Positions 16,047-23,479 of a stretch of DNA of 31,954 nucleotides are shown here, piece after piece (the stretch's first letter is position 1; each line of letters begins with the position of its first letter). The translations under genes were made by a program, and so were the position numbers. The stretch is from a virus (Duplodnaviria > Caudoviricetes): positions 1-31,954 of IMG/VR virus record IMGVR_UViG_3300048598_000578; one strand, written 5' to 3'. A model generated the notes under the pieces. The model had not been told where the DNA came from, made no database searches, and saw nothing but the letters and a program-made list of their open reading frames with translations.

Positions 16047-16073
16047 AAAAAGCCCGGCTGGTACCGGGCTCTT
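16047..16073. terminator. Terminator-like hairpin (tR1-like or minus-strand terminator)
   Basis: A5 run leading into AGCCCGG-CTGGTA-CCGGGCT, then CTT. Confidence 0.55.
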
Positions 16074-16129
16074 CAGAACCACCTGTTGACGCAGGTGGCG
16101 GGTACTTCTTTGTCTCAAGGAGACGAAAC

Positions 16130-16453
16130 ATGCAAGTCGAAAATACCAAAGCAGCGCCCCCGGCGCAAGAAGAGAAGCCTGAGCTCAGCACAACCGGCTG
16201 TGTCTTCTGGAACAGCTCGCCCACCCGCGGCGATATCCTCCAGGTTCTTCCTGGGATTCCCAGCTCTGATGTGATGGCCGACGTGACCACGCTGAACGAT
16301 GGGATTCTCTGCCTTCTGAAGCGACTCGCAGACGAGGGTGAGGGTGAGGCAAATGGTATGGAACTGCAGGTTCTTGCCATGGCTACTGCAACCGTCGGCG
16401 CAATGATCTCCTCCTGCTATCGCGCTTTCGAGCGCCAGGAAGGTGAAGCATGA
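16130..16453 (+). CDS. Small helical protein, DUF3077-like
   Basis: AAGGAG RBS; LQVLPGIP followed by two amphipathic helices. Confidence 0.7.
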   Translation: MQVENTKAAPPAQEEKPELSTTGCVFWNSSPTRGDILQVLPGIPSSDVMADVTTLNDGILCLLKRLADEGEGEANGMELQVLAMATATVGAMISSCYRAFERQEGEA

Positions 16454-16713
16454 GCCTCCTCAAAGTCGATCCGCTTCCCGCATACAAGTACTTCAGTGTC
16501 GACCCAAGCCTGTCGGTTGAAGCTGCTCTTGGCATGGCCGCCAGCGTCAACCACAGCCTCGCCGATCTGCTCAACCTGTACCTCCTCCAGCCGGATGGGG
16601 AGCTCACCAATCTCACCGCCTTGGAGCTTGCCGCGCGCTGCGCCGCCGAACTGATCGACGCCTCGGTGTCGGCCCTTCAGAAGGACCGGGAAGAAGGGGG
16701 GGCATCCGAATGA
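16450..16713 (+). CDS. Small helical protein, DUF3077-like
   Basis: YFSVDPSLSVEAALGMAASV...AAELIDAS; ATGA coupling. Confidence 0.7.
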   Translation: MSLLKVDPLPAYKYFSVDPSLSVEAALGMAASVNHSLADLLNLYLLQPDGELTNLTALELAARCAAELIDASVSALQKDREEGGASE

Positions 16714-17018
16714 ACCTCGGCCATGTGATTCGGAAGAAGTGCAAGCGCGATGCGGACGAGGTGCTCAACGCCGACCAGATCGGCGAGATCAAGCAGGACC
16801 TGAACACCGCCCGTGACGCCATCTGCAACATCTCGCTGGGGGTGGCCGCCATCGGCGCGCTGATCGCCACCGCTGCGACGGAAGGCGAACTTGGCCAGGA
16901 GACGGCTGGGCGACTGGGCTGGCTCCTTGAGGAGCTGGGCGGTGGCATCTACGGGCTGCTGAATTTCGAGACGGCCTGCACTGAGCGCCTTCGCGCGCAG
17001 GGAGGGCGCAAGGAATGA
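16710..17018 (+). CDS. Phage hypothetical protein
   Basis: ATGA-coupled 102-aa ORF in the PR operon. Confidence 0.7.
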   Translation: MNLGHVIRKKCKRDADEVLNADQIGEIKQDLNTARDAICNISLGVAAIGALIATAATEGELGQETAGRLGWLLEELGGGIYGLLNFETACTERLRAQGGRKE

Positions 17019-17359
17019 AGACTCGCGCTGATCTTTCTTTCACCGAGGGCGTTGATGTACGCCTGACCAACAACTGGAACCCCGGTCGCCCACTGATTTG
17101 GAACGATGGGTTCGCGTTGGGTGAGCGCTATGCCGAGGAAGTAATTGAGCTTTGCCGCAGCAGTGAATGGGGGGCTGTCACGGCAATCCGGTACGCGAGC
17201 AGTTCGCTGAACTGGAGGAACACCGGCGGCGGACCAGAGCTTGGGTTCATGGAGGTCATTTCCAAGCTGGCCCTGATTGGAATGCGCGCGGTTCTGTCCG
17301 GCGAGCCGCTCCCCGACCCGTCGGACCAATGGACTGAGGAGGGAGCCACCGATGACTAG
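17015..17359 (+). CDS. Phage hypothetical protein
   Basis: ATGA-coupled 114-aa ORF with GGAGG RBS. Confidence 0.7.
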   Translation: MKTRADLSFTEGVDVRLTNNWNPGRPLIWNDGFALGERYAEEVIELCRSSEWGAVTAIRYASSSLNWRNTGGGPELGFMEVISKLALIGMRAVLSGEPLPDPSDQWTEEGATDD

Positions 17360-17666
17360 GCCAACTCCTCGACACCTGATCCCCGACACCCCGGCGAAGC
17401 TGTCTGGATCGTTCCGCAGCGGCCTTCAGGTGCCCGGCCCTGAGCAGATCCTGGGCGACTTCCTGGGGCGCGTGGAGCGCGAGCCTGATCCTGCCAAGCG
17501 CCTGTTCCAGGCGCAGCGTGCCATCGGCGCCTTGATGGCGCTGAATGCTGCTCAGGTTGGGAAGGCTGGCTTCGTGTTCTTCCACAGGGACGTGTTCTCT
17601 CGTCTCTCGGTCCTGACCGGCGAGACGCCAAACGACCTTGTAGCCATGGCGGGAGTCGCACGATGA
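17352..17666 (+). CDS. Phage hypothetical protein, 104 aa (MTRPTP...)
   Basis: GAGGGAG RBS; overlaps both neighbours. Confidence 0.65.
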   Translation: MTRPTPRHLIPDTPAKLSGSFRSGLQVPGPEQILGDFLGRVEREPDPAKRLFQAQRAIGALMALNAAQVGKAGFVFFHRDVFSRLSVLTGETPNDLVAMAGVAR

Positions 17667-18460
17667 ACCTGACCACCACCATTGGCGGCTCGGCAGCCGC
17701 CACCATGACCAGCCTGGAACTGGTCGACTTCATCAATGAGCACCGCAAGCAGCAGGCAGAGCAGGCCGGGCAGCCGTTCCCCTCGGATGAGTTCCCCGAA
17801 CTGCTGCACAAGAACTTCCTGGCGAAGGTGCCGGAAGTGCTTGGCGAAAGATCGGCTGAATTTGCAGCCGATCTCCCTGACAGCTACGGGCGGCCGCGCC
17901 GTGGCTACCGCTTCCCGAAACGCGAGTCCTGCCTGATGGCCATGTCCTACAGCTACGAGCTGCAGGCTGCTGTCTTCGATCACATGACGGCGCTGGAGGA
18001 GAAGCTGAAGTCTCTTCCGGACGTGTCGAGCCACGAGGGCGCCTTGCTTGTGCTGCAGGGGGCGATTGGCCGTGAGCTGGCGCTGATCAGCGAGAACAAG
18101 CAGCTCGTCGCTGAGCGTGACCACGCCATCGCCACCAAAGCGCAGATCGGCAGCCGCCGGGAGGCCCAGGCTATGGCCGCCGCGTCCTCCGCTGTTCGCC
18201 AGGTGCGCCGGCTTGAGGATGAGCTGGGCCGCGGTACTCGCTTCGCTACGGTCACTGCTGTCGAGATAGCCACCGGCACCAAGTACCCGTTCAACGCCTA
18301 CGTCCACCTGCGCAAGTGGTGCAAGGCCAATGGCGTTCAGCCAGAGATCGTCCCCGACCGCCGTTTCGGCAAGGTCAAGGCGTGGCCTGCGGGAGCCTGG
18401 GCAGCCGTTTATCAAATCGATCTGGCGACCTTGTTCGGCGCCTCTGGAGCACAAGCATGA
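17663..18460 (+). CDS. Rha-family / antirepressor-like regulator
   Basis: MTSLELVDFIN...HKNFLAKV...YRFPKRESCLMAMSYSYELQAAVFDHMTALE, followed by a coiled coil and a C-terminal DNA-binding-like domain. Confidence 0.8.
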   Translation: MNLTTTIGGSAAATMTSLELVDFINEHRKQQAEQAGQPFPSDEFPELLHKNFLAKVPEVLGERSAEFAADLPDSYGRPRRGYRFPKRESCLMAMSYSYELQAAVFDHMTALEEKLKSLPDVSSHEGALLVLQGAIGRELALISENKQLVAERDHAIATKAQIGSRREAQAMAAASSAVRQVRRLEDELGRGTRFATVTAVEIATGTKYPFNAYVHLRKWCKANGVQPEIVPDRRFGKVKAWPAGAWAAVYQIDLATLFGASGAQA

Positions 18461-18762
18461 TCAAGCTACCCGACGAGCAGCAGCAACTCATCCAGATCGC
18501 CGAGGCGGCGGTTGAGTATCAACTGGCGGAGACCAAGCGGAACGCGCTGCGCCGCGAGCTGAATACGCTGTACACCACGTACTTCGCGGCCTATGGCCGT
18601 CCGTATGGCGACAACCGCCGTATCGATCCGTACGACGAGAGGTTCGAGCCAGTACTGGAGTTCACCAATCCCGCCTACAGGCGCTGGAAGGCTCAGCGTG
18701 ATCTGACCACCCGCCTCAAGCGCAAGCTGCGGACGCTGGTGCAGCGCCTGGAGCGTGCGTGA
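18457..18762 (+). CDS. Phage hypothetical protein, 101 aa (MIKLPDE...)
   Basis: GGAG RBS; ATGA coupling. Confidence 0.7.
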   Translation: MIKLPDEQQQLIQIAEAAVEYQLAETKRNALRRELNTLYTTYFAAYGRPYGDNRRIDPYDERFEPVLEFTNPAYRRWKAQRDLTTRLKRKLRTLVQRLERA

Positions 18763-19004
18763 TGAGCCGCCACCAGCTGCATCCCGGCCGGATCACCACC
18801 AGCCGCAACGGCCAAAGGGGGGGGGCAGTGATCTCCGGCCCCTGGCCCTCCTACAAACAATTCCGCGACCTGCGCGAAAGCGAGCGGCTGCTGATGTACC
18901 GCCACGCCAAGCTCAATCGCGCAGCGCTCGAGGCGGCGGGGTTTGCCATGGCTGAGCCCTACGACGACTTCATTCGGCGCGTCTGTGAGGAGTTGAACAT
19001 CTGA
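18759..19004 (+). CDS. Phage hypothetical protein
   Basis: GTGA/TGATG coupling on both sides; contains a G9 tract. Confidence 0.65.
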   Translation: MMSRHQLHPGRITTSRNGQRGGAVISGPWPSYKQFRDLRESERLLMYRHAKLNRAALEAAGFAMAEPYDDFIRRVCEELNI

Positions 19005-19969
19005 TGGCTCGTGCTCGCAACATCAAGCCAGGCCTGTTTGAGAACGAAGACCTGATGGAGCTCGGTCCGTTCGACCGGCTGCTGTTTATTGGGCTGTGGA
19101 CCTTGGCCGACCGGGAAGGTCGGCTTGAGGACCGCCCGAAGAAGATCAAGGTGAAGCTGTTCCCTGGCGACGACTACGACGTGGACCAGGGCCTCAATGC
19201 GCTCGCGGAGAAAGGTTTCGTCACGCGCTACCAGGTGGAAGGGTATGCCGTTGTCGAGGTGGTGAGCTTCCTCAAGCACCAGAAGCCCCACGGCACTGAG
19301 CGGGACAGCGTCCTCCCTGATGCCAACGGTTTCATTACCGTGAACGAACGTGGAAAGGGCGGCTGTGTGACTGGCGTAAAACGCCTTGTCCACGTTAACG
19401 CCAGTGCTTCCACCGGGGGCAATAACAGTGAACCTAACGTTATCGAGGCCGCTTCCACCGAGGGAAATAACGTTAATCCAACGTTAGACAACGGTTCGAT
19501 AACGGTGGATTCACCGTTCGATAACGCCCTGATTCTCCGATTCACTGATTCACCGAATCAAGAGCAAGAGCTGGCGCCGCAGGAGCAGCGCCCAGCACCG
19601 GAGCCCGAGCCGCCCCCTCCTGTCGGCAGGTCCAGGCGGGGCACACGCCTCCCGGCGGACTGGACCTTGCCGGATGGCTGGTTGGCCTGGGCGCTCAACG
19701 AGCGCAGGGAGTTCAGCGAGGCGGCCATGCGCAAGGTCGGGGAGAGCTTCGGTGACCACTGGCGAGCCGCTACCGGGAAGAACGCGACCAAGCTCGACTG
19801 GCTGGCGACCTGGCGCAACTGGGTGCGAAACCAGCGGGCCCCGTTCGGCGCCCAGCGAGCAGGGCCAGGGCACCCATCACCCCACTTGAACCTGAACCAG
19901 ACCGACCACGAAGAGGGCCTGGAGCGCCAGGCCGACGGCACCTACCGGATTGCGAGACCAAGACCATGA
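19004..19969 (+). CDS. Phage replication initiator with DnaT-like C-terminal domain
   Basis: ARARNIKPGLF...RLLFIGLWTLADREGRL N-terminus; GTRLPADW...DWLATWRNW C-terminus; upstream of loader and helicase. Confidence 0.85.
   Translation: MARARNIKPGLFENEDLMELGPFDRLLFIGLWTLADREGRLEDRPKKIKVKLFPGDDYDVDQGLNALAEKGFVTRYQVEGYAVVEVVSFLKHQKPHGTERDSVLPDANGFITVNERGKGGCVTGVKRLVHVNASASTGGNNSEPNVIEAASTEGNNVNPTLDNGSITVDSPFDNALILRFTDSPNQEQELAPQEQRPAPEPEPPPPVGRSRRGTRLPADWTLPDGWLAWALNERREFSEAAMRKVGESFGDHWRAATGKNATKLDWLATWRNWVRNQRAPFGAQRAGPGHPSPHLNLNQTDHEEGLERQADGTYRIARPRP
19391..19560. repeat. Putative replication origin (iterons) within the initiator gene
   Basis: 45-bp-period repeat starting GCTTCCACCG (19406, 19451); several AACGTTA; GTTCGATAACG twice (19494, 19516); tandem 8-mers GATTCTCC/GATTCACT/GATTCACC (19531-19554); locally AT-richer. 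Confidence 0.7.
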
Positions 19970-20748
19970 CCAACGATCAATCGAAAACCCGACACGTCAA
20001 CTGCCCCACCCATGGCGGTTTCGAGAGCAAGCTGCAGGAGCAGTTCGATGGCGGCTGGCGCTGGAGCGGCTGCCTGCGCTGCGAGTTCGATGCCTGCAAC
20101 TCGGATGATCCGGAGATCCGCGCCAAGGCCCGGGACCAGCGCGATGACCGAGAGGTCAACACCGTGCTGATGGACAGCCGCATTCCGCCGCGCTTCCGCC
20201 CCGCCACGTTCGCCAACTACCGCACCGACTTCGCTCCTACGGAGCAGCCGGGCGTTCTGGCTCGCTGCCAGGCCTACGCCAACGACTTCCAGTCCAACTG
20301 GAAGCTTGGTCGCTCGCTGTTGCTGCTGGGCACCATGGGGACCGGGAAGACGCACCTGGCCTGCGCGATCATCCAGCAGGTGCTGCGGACTGAGGGGCGA
20401 CAGGGGGCAACGGCACGGTACACCACCGCTTCCGAGATCATCATGACCGTGAAGGAAACCTTCGGCCGTCAGGACAAGACCGAGGCGGATGTGTACGCGG
20501 ACCTGCACTCCATGGACCTGCTGGTCATCGACGAGGTCGGCGCGCAGCATGGTTCGGACTTCGAATGCCAGGTGCTGTTCCAGGTCATCAACGGTCGGTA
20601 CGAGCGGCTGCTGCCCACCATCCTGATCAGCAACTTGAACCTGGCCGACATCCGTCGGTTCATCGGTGATCGCGTGATCGATCGCATGTGTGACGCCGGG
20701 GGCGAGGCCGTGCTCTTCCGCTGGCCTTCCGTGCGAGGTGACGTATGA
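19966..20748 (+). CDS. DnaC/IstB-like helicase-loader ATPase
   Basis: Zn motif CPTH...CLRC; Walker A GTMGTGKT; Walker B LLVIDEVG; PTILISNL. Confidence 0.92.
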   Translation: MTNDQSKTRHVNCPTHGGFESKLQEQFDGGWRWSGCLRCEFDACNSDDPEIRAKARDQRDDREVNTVLMDSRIPPRFRPATFANYRTDFAPTEQPGVLARCQAYANDFQSNWKLGRSLLLLGTMGTGKTHLACAIIQQVLRTEGRQGATARYTTASEIIMTVKETFGRQDKTEADVYADLHSMDLLVIDEVGAQHGSDFECQVLFQVINGRYERLLPTILISNLNLADIRRFIGDRVIDRMCDAGGEAVLFRWPSVRGDV

Positions 20749-22172
20749 GCGCATACGCCTATCTGGACGAGATGTCGGCGCTGGACGAAGTGCCGGCGTC
20801 GAAGCTGTACAGCCACGAGTCCGAGTACTCGCTGATCGGCTCGATGATCCAGCAGCCCGAGCTGATCGATGACCTTGGCGCCCGGCTCGATGTGGCGGAC
20901 TTCCACCACCCCGCCTGCGCAGAGCTGTTCGACCTGCTGGTGGCCATGCGCACCAAGGCGATGCCCATCGACGTCGTGACGCTGTACGAGACTCGCTCGC
21001 ACCTTGCCGACGGACAGAGCGTACTGGAGGCGGCCGGCACGCTGGTGAAGAACACCCCCAGCTCGGCCAATGCCGGCGAGTATGCGCGGATCGTCAAGCA
21101 GCGCTCGGTGGCCCGCCGGGTGATCGCCGCGGCGCAGATCATGAGCCAGCGCCTGCAGGATGGCGAACCGCTGGACGAGGTACTGAGCCAGGGCCAGCAG
21201 GCATGGCTTGCCCTGGAGGCCGAGGGGCTGGACGCCCGGAAGCGCTATCGCTTCGTCGGCGAGGTGCTGCCCGAGGCCATCGACGGCATCGACAGGCGCT
21301 TCAACCGGGAGGTCAAGCTGGGGTACGACACCGGCCTGCCTTCGCTGGACGCTTTCATCCCGGGCATCTGCCCCGGCCACATGGTGGTGGTGGCCGGCGA
21401 GCCGGGCAGCGGCAAGACCACGCTCGGCCTCGGGTTCGCTGAGCGGGTGGCGCTGACCTGCAACGAGCCGGCGCTGGTGTTCAGTCTGGAGATGACCGAC
21501 GTCGAGCTGACCAACCGTGTGCTGTCGTCGGTGGGCAGTGTCCCGCTCAAGCACATTGCCGAAGGCCACTCGATGGCCGATGCGGACTGGCCGGGCCTGA
21601 CCGGTGCGGTGAACAAGCTCAACGATGCCCCGCTGATCTTCTGCGATGACGCCTCGCTGACCATGCGGGATATCCGCCAGATCTGCCGCACGGTGAAGCG
21701 CGAGCACGGCCTGGGCATGGTCGCCGTCGACTACATCGGCCTGATCAAGGGCGAGCAGCGAAACGCGAGCCGCTACGACGTGGTGACCGAGATCAGCAAG
21801 GGCCTGAAGCGCCTGGCCAAGGAGCTCGGCGTGCCCGTGGTGGTGCTGGCCCAGCTCAACCGTGGGCCGAAGACGCGGGGCAACAAGCGCCCGACCAAGA
21901 GCGATTTGCGCGACTCCGGGCAGATCGAGGCCGACGCCGACGTGGTGGTGCTGGTGCACCGCGACAACGACAGCCCCGCGGGCCAGGCCGGCGTCACCGA
22001 GCTGATCGTGGACAAGAACCGTCATGGCCAGGTGGGCGTTGCACATGTCCAGCACCAGGGCCAGTTCCACCGCTTCGCTGAGCTTGTCGGCGGCTACCAG
22101 CCGAGCGATGAGGAGGTCGAGATGAACCGCCCGTACAAGGGCCGCCAGTACGGCAAGGGGAAAGCCGTATGA
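20745..22172 (+). CDS. dnaB: Replicative DNA helicase
   Basis: GEPGSGKT, FSLEM, VDYIGL, LAQLNR, SDLRDSGQIEADAD and KNRHG motifs. Confidence 0.97.
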   Translation: MSAYAYLDEMSALDEVPASKLYSHESEYSLIGSMIQQPELIDDLGARLDVADFHHPACAELFDLLVAMRTKAMPIDVVTLYETRSHLADGQSVLEAAGTLVKNTPSSANAGEYARIVKQRSVARRVIAAAQIMSQRLQDGEPLDEVLSQGQQAWLALEAEGLDARKRYRFVGEVLPEAIDGIDRRFNREVKLGYDTGLPSLDAFIPGICPGHMVVVAGEPGSGKTTLGLGFAERVALTCNEPALVFSLEMTDVELTNRVLSSVGSVPLKHIAEGHSMADADWPGLTGAVNKLNDAPLIFCDDASLTMRDIRQICRTVKREHGLGMVAVDYIGLIKGEQRNASRYDVVTEISKGLKRLAKELGVPVVVLAQLNRGPKTRGNKRPTKSDLRDSGQIEADADVVVLVHRDNDSPAGQAGVTELIVDKNRHGQVGVAHVQHQGQFHRFAELVGGYQPSDEEVEMNRPYKGRQYGKGKAV

Positions 22173-22450
22173 CCAACGTAACGGCCCTCGCGCCGCGGAA
22201 AAGCATGACCCAGCCCGAGCGCAAGCTGCTCCAGGTGCTGGCCCAGGAACTGCCATCCATGGCCGCCGGGCCCACGGTGATGGCGTGCCTGCTCCAGCTG
22301 GTCGCCAGTTGGATGGGCAGCCCGTCGCCCCTCGGCTTCGAGGACTTCGCCAAGGCCTGGGTGCTGCAGGGCAACGTCAAGGGCGCCGCGGCCGAGCAAC
22401 TGCTGCGCGATGTCCTGGGGATCACCCCGCCGCCGAAGGGGGCCGCATGA
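22169..22450 (+). CDS. Phage hypothetical protein
   Basis: ATGA-coupled 93-aa ORF between dnaB and the Q-like gene. Confidence 0.7.
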   Translation: MTNVTALAPRKSMTQPERKLLQVLAQELPSMAAGPTVMACLLQLVASWMGSPSPLGFEDFAKAWVLQGNVKGAAAEQLLRDVLGITPPPKGAA

Positions 22451-23004
22451 CAGGAATCTATCGAGACGTGCTGCCGGCGATCGTCCGCGTCCTGGCCGCC
22501 GATGCCATCGACAACACGGCGAAGCAGAGCTGGCAGAAGTTGATCGATCGCAAGGTCGACGGCGGCTACCGCGCCTTGCTGTCGGCCCGGGACCAGTTCG
22601 AGTTCGACTGCATGCTGCACGCCCTGCTGCACCGCGAGCTGCTGCCGGTGGAGTGGGATGTGCTGTACGCCCGGTATTCGACGCACAACGGCCGGCGATT
22701 GCAGGCGGTGAGCCGGATGCCAGCCAGGATCTCCAGCCCGGCGCCGCGTATCTTCCTGACCTACGCGGTATCGAGCTGGTGCATCCCGAAGCTGAAGGGG
22801 AAGGACGGCAAGCGCTCGACCGATGTCCTGGTGCTCTCTGACAAGTGGTACGACATCAACGAGTGGGACACCGAGGCGCGGCCTGACTCGACCCGGAGTC
22901 GATGGCGGCGAGATATCTGGAAGGCGCTGGATGCGTTGGAGGAGCAGGCCATGGTGCATGTGACCGAGATCCTGGAGCGCGAAAGGTTGCTGGAGGTGGG
23001 TTGA
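22447..23004 (+). CDS. Putative late-gene antiterminator (Q-like), 185 aa
   Basis: Last early-right gene, followed directly by a promoter-like sequence, a terminator and the lysis gene. Call is based on position; start MTGIYRDV at an ATGA overlap. Confidence 0.6.
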   Translation: MTGIYRDVLPAIVRVLAADAIDNTAKQSWQKLIDRKVDGGYRALLSARDQFEFDCMLHALLHRELLPVEWDVLYARYSTHNGRRLQAVSRMPARISSPAPRIFLTYAVSSWCIPKLKGKDGKRSTDVLVLSDKWYDINEWDTEARPDSTRSRWRRDIWKALDALEEQAMVHVTEILERERLLEVG

Positions 23005-23029
23005 CTTGTGTGAGCGTTTGAGCGAAATT
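23001..23029 (+). promoter_or_regulatory. Putative late promoter PR' with a direct repeat in the spacer
   Basis: TTGACT-17 bp-GAAATT (weak -10); TGAGCG at 23011 and 23019. Confidence 0.55.
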
Positions 23030-23072
23030 GCCCACATCTGCTGATCCGTGCGCGTCGCACAGACCGGCAACG

Positions 23073-23099
23073 AAACCCGGCCATCGCGCCGGGTTTTTT
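23073..23099 (+). terminator. tR'-like intrinsic terminator
   Basis: AAACCCGGC-CATCGC-GCCGGGTTT running into a T6 tract. Confidence 0.85.
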
Positions 23100-23120
23100 A
23101 TTGCCCAGAGATTTGGAACC

Positions 23121-23260
23121 GTGGTCGGCACGGCCCGCAAGGGGGAGCCGAACACCGTCTGCCGGCGGTGCGGTGATACGGGAAAACACCGGCAGAACAG
23201 GCGTATCGCCATCCTCGATACTCCCGGTGCGGCCTGTTCGGACGGCGTGGAAAGACACGC
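23121..23260 (+). ncRNA. Putative structured RNA elements (GNRA hairpin, pseudoknot, further hairpins)
   Basis: Stems found by eye: 23121-29/23147-55 with a GCAA loop; 23158-65/23189-96; 23172-80/23202-10; GCGTG/CACGC at 23245-23260. Confidence 0.5.
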
Positions 23261-23266
23261 ACTCAA

Positions 23267-23418
23267 TGCAGGTGAATGCCCAGGCTGATGGGCTAAGTCG
23301 GTAGAGGCGATTCGCAAACCCGTGAGGTCACTGCGAGTCAACGCGATGAGAGGCGGAGGTACGCGACCCAGCGAGCCCGCCCGTGAAGCAGGAGATCAGC
23401 GCCTGCCCCCTGCACCCA
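23267..23418 (+). ncRNA. tRNA-shaped ncRNA with an expanded middle domain
   Basis: Acceptor-like stem, D-like and T-like arms in tRNA positions, complementary loops, ACCCA 3' end, and a terminator directly after. No anticodon arm or TTCRA motif. Confidence 0.6.
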
Positions 23419-23425
23419 TACCAAG

Positions 23426-23450
23426 GCCCAGCCATAGCGCTGGGCTTTTT
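23426..23450 (+). terminator. Intrinsic terminator before the holin
   Basis: GCCCAGC-CATAGC-GCTGGGC-TTTTT. Confidence 0.8.
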
Positions 23451-23479
23451 CGTTTCCGCCCCGCAGAGGGGATATCGAG

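Noticed and set aside
20469-22256. 595-aa minus-strand ORF opposite dnaB, and similar ORFs opposite the portal and capsid genes
   Set aside because: Codon-bias antisense shadows of well-supported genes.
23158-23210. Pseudoknot as an HDV-like/theta ribozyme
   Set aside because: No room for P3/L3/P1.1 between the helices and no recognisable catalytic junction.
23028-23341. Short ORFs in the Q-holin interval (23028-23288, 23101-23304, and minus-strand ORFs)
   Set aside because: No clear RBS, some cross a terminator, composition is not protein-like; RNA structure explains the sequence better.
23267-23418. Canonical, intron-containing or selenocysteine tRNA, or tmRNA
   Set aside because: No TTCRA T loop and no 7-nt anticodon loop on a 5-bp stem; the insert is too short for a group I intron or a tmRNA tag region.
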